Shown here piece after piece: positions 1-9,802 of a DNA stretch of 64,000 nucleotides. Position 1 is the stretch's first letter; every line of letters starts with the position of its first letter. Source of the stretch: Pelagomonas calceolata (Eukaryota). The notes beneath the pieces are model-generated. The model had not been told where the DNA came from and ran no database searches. It saw nothing but the letters and a program-made list of their open reading frames with translations. The DNA lies in assembly GCA_918797485.1 (NCBI GenBank), contig CAKKNE010000001.1:2480001-2544000 (forward strand), given 5' to 3'. Made by a program: the position numbers and the translations under genes.

Positions 1-635
1 ACGGCCGCGCAGGCCGCCGCGTGGTTCTCAGTATCTTCCTCGCCGGACGACTCGTCCTCGAGCGGCGCCACGGCCGTGGAAAGCGCCGGCCGCGCGACGT
101 GCGTCGCCGCCGCGCAGCCGCACCGCCGCAACGTCTGCGCCAGGGCCTCGGCCGCGTGGTCGCCGTCCACATCTATAGTCTCGACGTGCAGCCACGCGCC
201 CCGGGCCTCGACGGACGCCGACGCCTCCAAAATGTCGTCCCGCGCCCGGCCGCTCGCGGTCCACAACACCAAGCCCACCTCGTGCAGGTCGTGCGTCGCC
301 TGGCGGTGCTCGTAGAGGGCCCGGTGCAAGTTCGCGCCTTGGCGAAGCCGCCGCAGATACACGATCGTGCCGGCGATCGTGCCTCTCTCATTTCCGTCCA
401 CCGTGACCCGCATGCGCAACCGCTGGCAGAGGTCGCCCGTCGGGGGCCGCGGGTGCCGCACGATGTAGCCCACGCGCACCCGGTCCGTGCGAGGCCGCTT
501 CGGCTCCGGCTCCCCAAAGTCGAGGCGCCGCGGCGTCGGCCGCTCGCGTGGGATTTGCACATCGTCGGAGCTCTGGCGCTCCGCCGTCACGCGCGGCGCA
601 CCGAAGTGATGGACGCCCGGTTGCAAGGGCTCCAT
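1..635 (-). CDS. Hypothetical protein, 3' end runs off the window
   Basis: Manual translation from ATG at 635 (MEPLQPGVHHF...EDESSGEEDTENH) is open to base 1, so it is absent from the ORF track. A CTAG motif copy at 889-915 points at it. Confidence 0.55.
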   Translation of the reverse strand, partial: MEPLQPGVHHFGAPRVTAERQSSDDVQIPRERPTPRRLDFGEPEPKRPRTDRVRVGYIVRHPRPPTGDLCQRLRMRVTVDGNERGTIAGTIVYLRRLRQGANLHRALYEHRQATHDLHEVGLVLWTASGRARDDILEASASVEARGAWLHVETIDVDGDHAAEALAQTLRRCGCAAATHVARPALSTAVAPLEDESSGEEDTENHAAACAA

Positions 636-888
636 TCGTGTTCGGCTGCCCTTGGAGGCTGCACTCTTTGTGCGTCCGCGTCCGTGGCGGTCGGAGACGG
701 TGGGGCAGGTGCGGCGGCGGCGCTGGATGGGCACTCGCGGACTGCTAATGGTCACGAAAGTGATTGTGGGCTGCTGATCAAAGGGTTTCGGGTCCTAAGC
801 TGGCAGGATTGCGTGTATTGATGATTAGACTCCTCGGGAAGGCTCCGAAGGCTCGGCGAGGGCTATCATTCCTGTGTTTCACCCCGGA

Positions 889-915
889 GCTAGCGGCCGT
901 AAGGCACTAGCAAGC
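889..915 (-). promoter_or_regulatory. CTAG-bounded upstream motif
   Basis: Reverse complement GCTTGCTAGTGCCTTACGGCCGCTAGC, 254 bp upstream of ATG 635(-). Confidence 0.6.
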
Positions 916-1179
916 CTCGGGAGAGCGCAACAAAGTGAAAGTGTCAAGTCTAACTTGAGCCGCAACCGGCTACCCGCCTTAGCCTAATTACGCGTCTTCG
1001 GGCGCCGGCGAAGAAAGCGCTGCGAGCCGCTCCTGCTCCGCCGCGCGTTGCTGGTGAACTGGAGACGCAAATTCCCGGGAGTACTCCACGACGGAGACGT
1101 CCTCTCTTCACGAGTCGCGAAGCCGAACGCGCGTCGCGCCTCCTACTAGCGCCGAGACTGCCACAACAGACTCGCAAAA

Positions 1180-1971
1180 ATGAAGTCCACTGTGCCTTAT
1201 TGGGGCGCCGCGTGTGCAGCCGCTGCGGCGGCGCGTCGCGACCGCTGCGGACAAGATCGTGTCCAAAGGGGGCTGCGCGCCGTGCTCTCGCTGACGAGTA
1301 CAGCACAAAAGTGTCATGGGGCCTGCGAATTTGAGGAGCCCGGTGGCGGCGTCGTCCCACGCGACGCGGGCCGCGACGAAGCGCCCGGCGGATGCGGCCG
1401 CCATCAAAATAGACCGCCAGCTGCTCGATGGCGTGCGCTTGCGCGCGTGCTTGGCTGCTCTGCTCGAGGCGGTGCTAGACGAGGGCGCGTGCCGCGACCG
1501 CGTGCACGATGCGGTCAGTCACTTCACGAAGAGGACATCGAGGGCTTCGAGGGCTTAGATGAAGACGTCAAGCCTCGTGTCCGAGAGCTGATAGAGGAGC
1601 ACAAGGTGGAGCACGAGAGACGTTTTGAAAAAGCTCCGCGCCGATCGAAGAAGAAAGCTCCGTCGAAGAAAGCTCCGTCGAAGAAGAAAGCGCCAGCTCA
1701 ACGCCGATCGAGGAAGAAAGTACGTAAACGCCTCGAGCCTACCGTTAACGAGAGCGAAAAAAGAGCCTTGATGCATAACGTGTGGCAGGGCGCTCGTGGA
1801 ATTGTGACGAAATTCCAGACATTGATTCACGCAGCCCCAACCGCGCGAGGAGGGTCAGTAACACCTGATCCGCGAGAGCAGCGGGCGCAGCGCACCCGTG
1901 CCGTACTATCGCTCAAGCCCGCGACAGGGATGCCCCAGGACGCGTGCGAGCCATCAATTTTTGCTTGCTAG
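1180..1971 (+). CDS. Possible hypothetical or degenerate Lys-rich protein
   Basis: 263-aa ORF with KKAPS repeats. Segment EEDIEGFEGLDEDVKPRVRELIE loosely recalls the end of PARP-type zinc fingers. Codon usage is less GC-biased than in neighbours. Confidence 0.3.
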   Translation: MKSTVPYWGAACAAAAAARRDRCGQDRVQRGLRAVLSLTSTAQKCHGACEFEEPGGGVVPRDAGRDEAPGGCGRHQNRPPAARWRALARVLGCSARGGARRGRVPRPRARCGQSLHEEDIEGFEGLDEDVKPRVRELIEEHKVEHERRFEKAPRRSKKKAPSKKAPSKKKAPAQRRSRKKVRKRLEPTVNESEKRALMHNVWQGARGIVTKFQTLIHAAPTARGGSVTPDPREQRAQRTRAVLSLKPATGMPQDACEPSIFAC

Positions 1972-1990
1972 TGTCTTACATGCCGCTAGC
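1963..1990 (+). promoter_or_regulatory. CTAG-bounded upstream motif
   Basis: GCTTGCTAGTGTCTTACATGCCGCTAGC, 134 bp before ATG 2124; identical to the copy at 38523. Confidence 0.7.
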
Positions 1991-2123
1991 CATCTGCCGC
2001 GGCGCCGAACAGCTTTGTGGCTACTAGCTGCAAAGGATTGGCTGCAACCACGCCAACAAACGCATCCAGCAAGAACTCGACGAAAAAACACGCCGATCCA
2101 CGCGTGTCGAGCACTACAGCAGC

Positions 2124-3311
2124 ATGCGCCTCCGCCTCGGCACGGCCTCAAATGGAGGCGACTCCGTGTACCTCCTCGACGAGACGAACGGCTGGGTCTG
2201 CCTCGTCGACGCGGCGAGGAAGAAGAAGTGGGCCCACGACCCGGCGGCGCTGACGTCGGTCGTGGCGTTTCTTGGTTTAGACCACCAAGGCCGCGCGGAC
2301 GCGAGGGCATTGATTCGAGGCGTCCCCGGCCTCAAAATTATGGAGGAGCGGCTGCCGCTCCAGGCTATTTCACTGCGAGACGCCGCTTTGTACGTGGAGC
2401 ACATGGCTCAGGCCACGAAAGGTTTTGTGGGCATCGCGCTGCGCTGCGGCCACGCGGTGCAGCTCTTACTGGGCCACGTCCTGGGGAAGAAGTTGAGGTT
2501 GCCGCGGGCTCTGGGTCCGTGCGCGGCGCCGGCTTATTATGTTGGAAACCCGCGCACGATCATCCCGTCGGGCGCGCGAGCGCGGTGGCCCTCGTACGCC
2601 GGCGTCCTCGATTATGAGCTCGAAGTGGCGCTGATCCTGGGGTCAGACCTCGAGGTCGACGCCGATGAAACAACTTGTGCAAAAGCGGTCCAGGACCACG
2701 GCGGCTTCGTGCTCATCAACGACTTCTCGGCGCGGGACGTTCAGGCCGACGAGATGACGTCCGTGGGTTTTGGGTTCGTCAAGTGCAAGGCCTTCTGCAC
2801 GTCCATGGGTTCGGAAGTCGTGACCGCTGATGAATTATACCGCTCTGACGAATCCGGACGGCTGTTTGGCGACGGGCTGGCATGTGAAGTGTTAGTAGAT
2901 GGGGAGCGGTGGAGTTCTGGCAGAACGTCCGCCCAAAAATTCTGCTCCCTATCACAGTACGTCGAGCACTGTTGTAGAGGCGAGGGGCTGGGCGCGGGCG
3001 AGGTGCTCGGGATGGGTACGGTCCCCAACTGCTGCGGGCTGGAACTCGGGCGCTTCCTGGAACCGGGTTGTACGGTGGAGGTGCGGTGCGAAGAATTGGG
3101 AAGCGTCACGAACGTCGTCGCGGGCGCGCCCGGCGCGAACTTCCGGGATCTTGGTAGGGCGGCGGGCCAGCCGTCGCGGCTCGCGACGGCTTTGAAATTT
3201 CTGGGGATGGCGTTCATCGCGCCGGTCGTTGTTTTTATAGCGCTGCTGGGCGGCGCGATCGCGGCGCTGGCGTGGCCGGGGCCGCCGGTTAGGAAGGATA
3301 AAAAGGATTGA
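2124..3311 (+). CDS. Fumarylacetoacetate hydrolase-family protein with C-terminal transmembrane helix
   Basis: FAH motifs LDYELEVALILG, INDFSARDVQ, K-AF-TSMG, GEVLGMGT; hydrophobic C-terminus. Confidence 0.85.
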   Translation: MRLRLGTASNGGDSVYLLDETNGWVCLVDAARKKKWAHDPAALTSVVAFLGLDHQGRADARALIRGVPGLKIMEERLPLQAISLRDAALYVEHMAQATKGFVGIALRCGHAVQLLLGHVLGKKLRLPRALGPCAAPAYYVGNPRTIIPSGARARWPSYAGVLDYELEVALILGSDLEVDADETTCAKAVQDHGGFVLINDFSARDVQADEMTSVGFGFVKCKAFCTSMGSEVVTADELYRSDESGRLFGDGLACEVLVDGERWSSGRTSAQKFCSLSQYVEHCCRGEGLGAGEVLGMGTVPNCCGLELGRFLEPGCTVEVRCEELGSVTNVVAGAPGANFRDLGRAAGQPSRLATALKFLGMAFIAPVVVFIALLGGAIAALAWPGPPVRKDKKD

Positions 3312-3390
3312 GTTACACACAGCTCGAAGGCAAAACGCATAACACAGAATAGAGTTACGCCCGCCGGGGAAAACCACACCACAAAAAAAT

Positions 3391-4170
3391 CTAAGCCGCG
3401 TCGCGCGCAGCACACAGCTCGTCGAGCCGCGGGCACGCCCGCGCCCCGCCGTAGCGCGCCGGCAGGCACTCATGCGCCACAAGATCTCCAAAATCGGGCG
3501 CCTCGCGCCACGAGAAGAGCGCGACGCGCGCCGCCGTCTCCGGCGCGAGCCAGGGCTGCACGACCTTGTAGGCCGTCCAGACCAATAAAGGGCAGTTCAC
3601 GACCAGTATCGACGCGACGCTGCCGGGGTAGTGCCGCTGCATTATATCAATAAGCCGCTTGAACGTCGGCAGGCCCCGCAGCGTCGATGGGGAGAGGCCC
3701 TCCATGTCGAGCACTAATACTCTCTTGCCCAGGAGCAGCGCGCGCTCGTTGCGGAGCGTCGACGCTCTTAAAGCTCGCTCCTCGCCGACATCGTCGAGGA
3801 GGCCGCCGACGTCCGCGCGCCCGAGCATCTGGACCTGGAGGCACGTGCCGTCATAACCCGTCGGCAGGAGCGCGCAGGGGTAGAGCGCGTCTACTTTTGC
3901 CTCGTTGGCGAGCTCCTCCCGGTCTTCTTCCGTCGCGGGGCCGTCCCGCGCGAGCTTTGTGAGCGCGTCGATGTTGTTGTCGCGGCGCCAGACCAGGGTT
4001 TTCGTTAAGAGGTGTGCTGCTTTGCCAGCATCACCACTACTCGCCTCTAGGAAGCGCCGGCGCTCGTCTTGCGTGGGCGGTCTCAGGTCTGCGGTCTGTG
4101 GGGCACAGCGCTCGCAGGTGCACGGCATGGCGAAGTCCGCGGCAGCACTTCTATCGACGATCGCTGCCAT
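3391..4170 (-). CDS. CRAL-TRIO (Sec14-like) lipid-binding protein
   Basis: RRFLEAS..LVWRRDNNID, VLDMEGL, MQRHYPG, VNCP, WL-PET, LPARYGG. ATG taken at 4170. Confidence 0.85.
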   Translation of the reverse strand: MAAIVDRSAAADFAMPCTCERCAPQTADLRPPTQDERRRFLEASSGDAGKAAHLLTKTLVWRRDNNIDALTKLARDGPATEEDREELANEAKVDALYPCALLPTGYDGTCLQVQMLGRADVGGLLDDVGEERALRASTLRNERALLLGKRVLVLDMEGLSPSTLRGLPTFKRLIDIMQRHYPGSVASILVVNCPLLVWTAYKVVQPWLAPETAARVALFSWREAPDFGDLVAHECLPARYGGARACPRLDELCAARDAA

Positions 4171-4242
4171 GTTGCCAGACTTTTGCTTAGGTATGCGATC
4201 TGTAAGGCGGCTGGCCTGTCCAAAATGGCTAAAAAACAGGGT

Positions 4243-4271
4243 GCTAGCGGTATATGTAGACACTAGCAAGC
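4243..4271 (-). promoter_or_regulatory. CTAG-bounded upstream motif
   Basis: Reverse complement GCTTGCTAGTGTCTACATATACCGCTAGC, 73 bp upstream of ATG 4170(-) in a 150-bp tandem spacer. Confidence 0.65.
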
Positions 4272-4320
4272 CTTCGATGCTTCACGAAAGATGTATATTT
4301 ATGACGAGATCGGAATGACC

Positions 4321-5057
4321 CTAGGATATGTCAACTTGCCCGAGGCGGGAGAGCAGGTCGACCGTGCCGGGCGGCGGCGCGTTCTTGCCGTCGATCAGGC
4401 CCGCGACGACCTTGCCGCCGCCCGCCGTCCGCATCATGGCGCCGGCACCCTCGATCGCTGGCCCGGGCAGCGCGGCGTCGTCGGCGAGGGCCGACGTCTT
4501 GCGGAGGAGCGCGCGGACGCGGCCGCGCGGCGGGAGGTGCTCGATGCCGACCGCCGCGCCGAAGGCGCCTTCTCTGAACTTGGCCTCGACGTTGATGGCC
4601 GCGGCCGCGACGGCCCGGACCGAGCCCACCTCGACGGCGCCGCCGCAGCTCGTTAGGCAGTCGGCGAGAAGCCAGGTCGCGACGACCTTCTGGAGGTCGT
4701 CGGGCGGGAAGTGCATCGCGGCCTGCGCGAGGTACGCGCAGGCCGCCGCGTGGGCCCCGTCGCGGCGCGCCCTCAGGCCCAGCACGAATAGAAAAACTTA
4801 AACCAAAACCCAGGGCCTAGCGCAATCAGTCCTCCATCGCAGCGCCCCCCGCGGCCGCCTCCTACGCAGCGTCCGATGAGGCTCTTTTTCTTCGGCTTCG
4901 GCGCCGGCGCCGCTGCTAGCTTGGCCTGTGCTTGCGTCGCGCGCGCGCGGAGGTCGCTCTTCTCGAAGCAGTCCGCGTGCGAGAGGCCCGCGGCCTGGAT
5001 GAGGGCCTTGAGTTGCTTGACCTTGAGCGTGGTCACGTCGGCGGCTTTGTGCTCCAT
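4321..5057 (-). CDS. Hypothetical protein with N-terminal SAP/ARMET-C-like helical motif; probably spliced or frameshifted near 4790-4870
   Basis: MEHKAAD..LKVKQLKALIQAAGLSHADCFEKSDL in one frame; coding-like 4321-4785 in another; AT-rich linker between them. Confidence 0.5.
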
Positions 5058-5437
5058 GATATCTGACAGACCTGCGAGGGAGCGATTGTGTGCGAGAGCA
5101 GTCGTGCGGCCGACACGCGTCTGTGACCAGGATTGACGGACGCTGGACGCTCGCTCTAGGTTCTCGCTCTCTGAGACTCCAGCAGTTTTTAGGCCAGTCG
5201 CGGGGCGAGAGGCGGCGCCGTCGGCGAGAGGCACGTGTGCTCTATTCTTACGATCGCAAATCACCTCGTCTTGGTCGTAGGCGCGTTTGCAGCCGCGAGA
5301 GCGCGATCAAGTAGCGAGAGCGCGACAAGCCAGGAAAACCCGTTTTTTTGCACTAGAGGGCCGCGACGTTAGAAACCCAATCCAACCCACGGACCGGTTA
5401 CCAGCGACTGGCCGCCACGTATAAGGTTAAACAGGCC

Positions 5438-6463
5438 TTACGCCGTCGAAGAAGACGCCACGACGTCCGCGTAGTGCAGCGCCCCGCCCCAGCGCACGTC
5501 GTGCGCGCCGAGCGCGCCGCCGCGGCCCTCGAAGAACTCGGCGCAGGCGACCTTGTTGGGCGGCGGCGCCGGGCCGCGCGGCGCGACGCCGAGTTTCGTG
5601 AGGGAGTCCGTGAGGGCCACGCGCGCGCCCTGGTTTAGGGCCGCGTCGAGTAAAGCAGAGCACGCGGGCGGCGAGAGGTAGAAGAGGACGGCCTCGAAGA
5701 CGTAGAGCGTCGGTCTGGAAGCGTCGAAAGATGTGGAAGAGGCGAGGCGCTCCGGCAGGGACGGGCCTGCCTTGAGGTCCTCCAGGTTTAGAGGAAGGTG
5801 CTCGACGGTGATAGAAGGCGACCGTTTTGCCAGGATGCGCTTCTTGGCGTCCACAGCGCTCGGCAGGTCCACCTCGAAGAATTTCGCGCGCCCGCCGTAC
5901 CGCGCGCAGCGCGTGTCGTAGCCCGCGCCGACGACGACGATCTGTGGTGAAGCGTGCTCGGCCAGAAAGGCGTCCACGGCTTGATCCAGAAACCGCGTCC
6001 GCGACCCGATCCACTCGAGCTTTTCGATCAGCGACTCCGGGAGGCGCTTCGCGTTCTCGGGGCTCACGAGCCACCTCGTATTCGTCGGCAGCCACTCGAA
6101 GGCCTGCGGATCGTCGATGATGCCGCGGCCGGACAGCACGGCGCGCGTCCACAAGACCCTCAAGTTCTTGGACGAGTCCGCGGCGCCGCTGTCGTCGCCT
6201 ACGTAGAGCAGCGAGAAGAGCGCGTCGACGGCTGCGTCCACGACGGGGTTCGTTTCGTCGCGCTGCTTCTTCGGCGGGCCGCCGGGCGGGCCGCCTTTCA
6301 CGCCGGGCGGCGGGCCTCGCGGCGGGCCGCCGGTTGCAACGCCGGGCGGCGGTCCGCCCGGGCCCGGCTCCGCGCGCAAGGCGTTGCAACGCAGCGGCGC
6401 CATCGATGGCCGCTGCAGCGCTGCGGCGGCCACTACGAGTGCTAGAGCGCTGATTCGCGGCAT
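5438..6463 (-). CDS. Leucine carboxyl methyltransferase-family SAM-dependent methyltransferase, signal peptide
   Basis: RTRFLD, QIVVVGAGYDTR, FEVDLP, PTLYVFEAVLFYL; N-terminus MPRISALALVVAAAAL. Confidence 0.85.
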   Translation of the reverse strand: MPRISALALVVAAAALQRPSMAPLRCNALRAEPGPGGPPPGVATGGPPRGPPPGVKGGPPGGPPKKQRDETNPVVDAAVDALFSLLYVGDDSGAADSSKNLRVLWTRAVLSGRGIIDDPQAFEWLPTNTRWLVSPENAKRLPESLIEKLEWIGSRTRFLDQAVDAFLAEHASPQIVVVGAGYDTRCARYGGRAKFFEVDLPSAVDAKKRILAKRSPSITVEHLPLNLEDLKAGPSLPERLASSTSFDASRPTLYVFEAVLFYLSPPACSALLDAALNQGARVALTDSLTKLGVAPRGPAPPPNKVACAEFFEGRGGALGAHDVRWGGALHYADVVASSSTA

Positions 6464-6985
6464 CGCTGCGGGCGTTTTTGAGTCACCGCTTCGGAGAGCG
6501 CCTCGTAATGAGTGCGCTTCCTGCACCGCTTTTGCACCGGACTTGAATCAGAGCTGTGCGCTTGCAAAAGCCTATTTAAAAGAGAGCGTTATGCCCTGTG
6601 CGCGTAACGCACAGCCAACAAATCCAAGGCGAGCAAGCACAAAATCTAGTGGGTTACAACTAGCTCAACAACGACAATCATACCCGCACAACGCTAAGAG
6701 AGACCCCGGACGGGTCCTGAGAAGAATAAGTGACATCCGCACCGCTACTAAAAACTGACTGCAGAGGCGTCCTTGCTCCGCGTAGTAGACGGCATCGCTT
6801 GCGGTGTCGAGCGTAGCATACGCGCGCAACTGCAAGACAACAGGGCTGCACGCTCGCGACGCCATCGCTGCAAGCTTTACAGCTGCACAGGGAGCCAGCA
6901 CTCTCTGAGAGCAGTGTGACGCAGCGCACCACACGGCCGCGGAAGACGCCAGCCGCATCAACACAATACGAAGAAACGAGAGGGC

Positions 6986-7624
6986 ATGGCGGCGAACGGC
7001 CACGCGACGACACCGGGCGCCGGCTGGGCCGCCCCCAAATACGAGGTCCAAGTAAAGTCCGAAAGGTTCAAGTTCAACGCGGCGCACTTCGTCGCCTTCC
7101 CGGGCTACCGCGAGCGGCTGCACGGCCACAACTACACGTGCAGCGTGCGCGTCTTCGGGCCCTTGTCCGAGCACGACGGCTACGTGTTGGACTTCGGCGA
7201 CGTGAAAAAGGCCACCAGGAGGGTCTGTGAGCAACTAAACGAGCGCTTCTTGTGCCCTTGTCTGGCGGACGCCCTGGCGATCACTCGTAATAAAAAGAAC
7301 GTGGAGATCGTCTGCGAGGACGCGTCGTTCTTCTCGATGCCGGAGGCCGATTGTGCGATGTTGCCGCTGAAGCACTCGACGGCGGAGGAGCTCGCCGCGC
7401 TCGTGTGGCGGCGCGTCATCGACGAACTGGGCGTCGAGAAGCTCGTGAAACGCGGCATCACGGCGCTCGAGGTGAGCGTCGCGGAGGCGCCGTCGCAAGA
7501 AGCGCGGTACACGCGGCCCCTGGCGGGCTACGACCCGCGCGAGGAGGTCCCGGTGTCTTTGCCGTCGCCGGGGGCGTGCTGTTCTCAATTCGCGGTGCCC
7601 TGTAGGCCGCCGGCCGCGCCATAG
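6986..7624 (+). CDS. 6-pyruvoyl-tetrahydropterin synthase family, PTPS-III type
   Basis: FNAAHF, RERLHGHNY (E-x2-HGH, no Cys), DFGDVK, STAEELA. Confidence 0.9.
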   Translation: MAANGHATTPGAGWAAPKYEVQVKSERFKFNAAHFVAFPGYRERLHGHNYTCSVRVFGPLSEHDGYVLDFGDVKKATRRVCEQLNERFLCPCLADALAITRNKKNVEIVCEDASFFSMPEADCAMLPLKHSTAEELAALVWRRVIDELGVEKLVKRGITALEVSVAEAPSQEARYTRPLAGYDPREEVPVSLPSPGACCSQFAVPCRPPAAP

Positions 7625-8112
7625 TTGTTCGGTTAACTTGTGTTCTTTGATTGGGTTTTTGGCGGCGACGGCGTGCGTGGGGGCGGACGTTCGTGGCTCG
7701 CGATGGGTGGAGAGGCGTGTGACGCGCCGCGGTGTGTTGATCCCGCGCCTGGGTTTCCCCTCTTATAGCTCTCCCGCGACCAAGCGGAGGAATGTGGCTG
7801 CTCTGGATGGGCTGTGCGCGCGACCTGCGATTTGGTCTCCGAGGTGGCACACACAAAACACACGTCGTCCAGCAAGTCTCATCTCGCTACCAAAATGCAC
7901 GGCACCGCGTCTGCAAATTTAAATCACCAGCGGAGGGCTGAGCAATGACCGTGGGGGAGGCCTGCATGCAAAAAACAGGGCCGCGCGCGGCCTCGTAATG
8001 GCCGAGCAATACTGGAAGCCTGGGCGATCACGCACGTGACGCGCCCCACGGCGCCGCGGTGCAGCGCGCGGCCACCGGTGGCCCCAGTAAACCCTCCGTG
8101 CCCCCGCCAGCA

Positions 8113-9386
8113 ATGCGTGGTGCAAGAAACGCCATCAATAAGCCAACCGCGGCCGGCCGCCGACGGCGAATATCCTTGGCCCTGCCCGAGCCCTCACACA
8201 CCCCCGGGAGCGAAAAAAGCCGCCCGCGCACCACCGCTAACCCAAATACCCACGCAGGAAGTACACCGCCGCCGCCCTCCTCGCCTCCGGCGCGTCCGCG
8301 TTCACGACGTCGGGCAATGCCCTCCCGGCGGCCACGCGCCCCCAGGCCGCCGCCCAGGCGCCGACCATGGCCGTCGCCGGCGGCATCAACGGCTTCGGCC
8401 GCATCGGCCGCCTCGTGGCCCGCATCATGGCCAAGTCGGACGCGATCGACCTCAAGCTCGTGAACTCGGGCGCGGCCAACGAGTACATGGCCTACCAGTT
8501 CAAGTACGACTCCATCCACGGCCGCTACCCGGGCACCATCGAGCCCACGGCCGACGGCCTCATGATCGACGGCGTCCTCACGCCGACGACGCACACGCGC
8601 GACCCGTCCGAGATCCCCTTCGGCGCGATGGGCGCCGAGTACATCTGCGAGTCCACCGGCGCCTTCCTCACGGCCGACAAGGTCGCGCCCCACATCGCCG
8701 CCGGCGCCAAGAAGATCATCTTCTCGGCCCCGGCCAAGGACGACTCCCCGACGGTCGTCATGGGCGTCAACGAGGAGACCTACGACCCGTCCATGGTCGC
8801 CGTCTCCTGCGCGTCCTGCACGACCAACGGCCTCGCGCCCATGGTCAAGGCCATCAACGACAAGTTCGGCATCGAGGAGGGCCTCATGACGACGGTCCAC
8901 GCCATGACGGCCACCCAGAAGGTCGTCGACGCGTCCTCGAACAAGGACTGGCGCGGCGGCCGCTGCGCCTCCGGCAACATCATCCCGTCCTCCACGGGCG
9001 CCGCCAAGGCCGTCGCCAAGGTCATCCCCGACGTCAAGGGCAAGCTCACGGGCATGGCCTTCCGCGTGCCGACCGCCGACGTCTCCGTCGTCGACCTCAC
9101 GGTCAAGCTCAACACGGCGACGTCCTACGACGACATCTGCGCCGAGGTCTCGCGCCTCGCCGACGGCCCCATGACGGGCATCCTCGGCTACTGCGACGAG
9201 CCCCTCGTCTCGACCGACTTCGAGACCGAGCCGACGTCGTCCGTCTTCGACGCCGGGGCGGGCATCATGCTCTCGCCCAAGTTCGTCAAGTGCGTCGCCT
9301 GGTACGACAACGAGTGGGGCTACTCGAACCGCGTCGTCGACCTCATGTGCCACATGGCCGCCGTCGACGCCAAGGTCGCCGTGTAG
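8113..9386 (+). CDS. GAPC1: Plastid-targeted glyceraldehyde-3-phosphate dehydrogenase (GapC1 type), with inferred 5' intron 8115-8257
   Basis: [29 protein letters not shown]. In-frame presequence [15 protein letters not shown] at 8259-8366 follows a GCTAAC branch point and CAG acceptor, with an in-frame stop at 8238. Donor site is uncertain. Confidence 0.95.
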
Positions 9387-9802
9387 ATGTCCTCTACGTG
9401 CCCTCCCCCCTTCGACACGCGAGTCCCCTCGCGCTCCCCGGTGTAACCGTCGTCGAGCGCGAAATTGATCTACTTATCGCGGCGATGGCGTCGAGGGGGG
9501 CTGCTGCGGAGTCCGCGCGCCGCGCGCGGCGGCGAACGTCATTGCACCCGCCGGGCGCGCTCGCCACCGCTCCGATATCACGTAGCAACCGTCGCGTCCG
9601 GCATATAGTAGGGGGTCGTCGGGAGGCGGGCTGCAAAACTCAGCGCCGAGCAGGACATCGAGCCGCATCGTCGATAGGACCGCAGCTTCGGAGCAAGCAC
9701 AAGCATCGCCGAGCCCTTTGGGCTGCCACAACGCAAGGACAGCCAAAAAAAGCTGCCCCTCGCGGCACAAACCAGCACAACAAGGAAGGACACCACCCCA
9801 AA

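Noticed and set aside
21..821. 266-aa plus-strand ORF
   Set aside because: Arg-rich antisense shadow of the minus-strand CDS 635-1
8028..9353. 441-aa ORF antisense to GAPDH
   Set aside because: Shadow ORF caused by extreme GC3 bias
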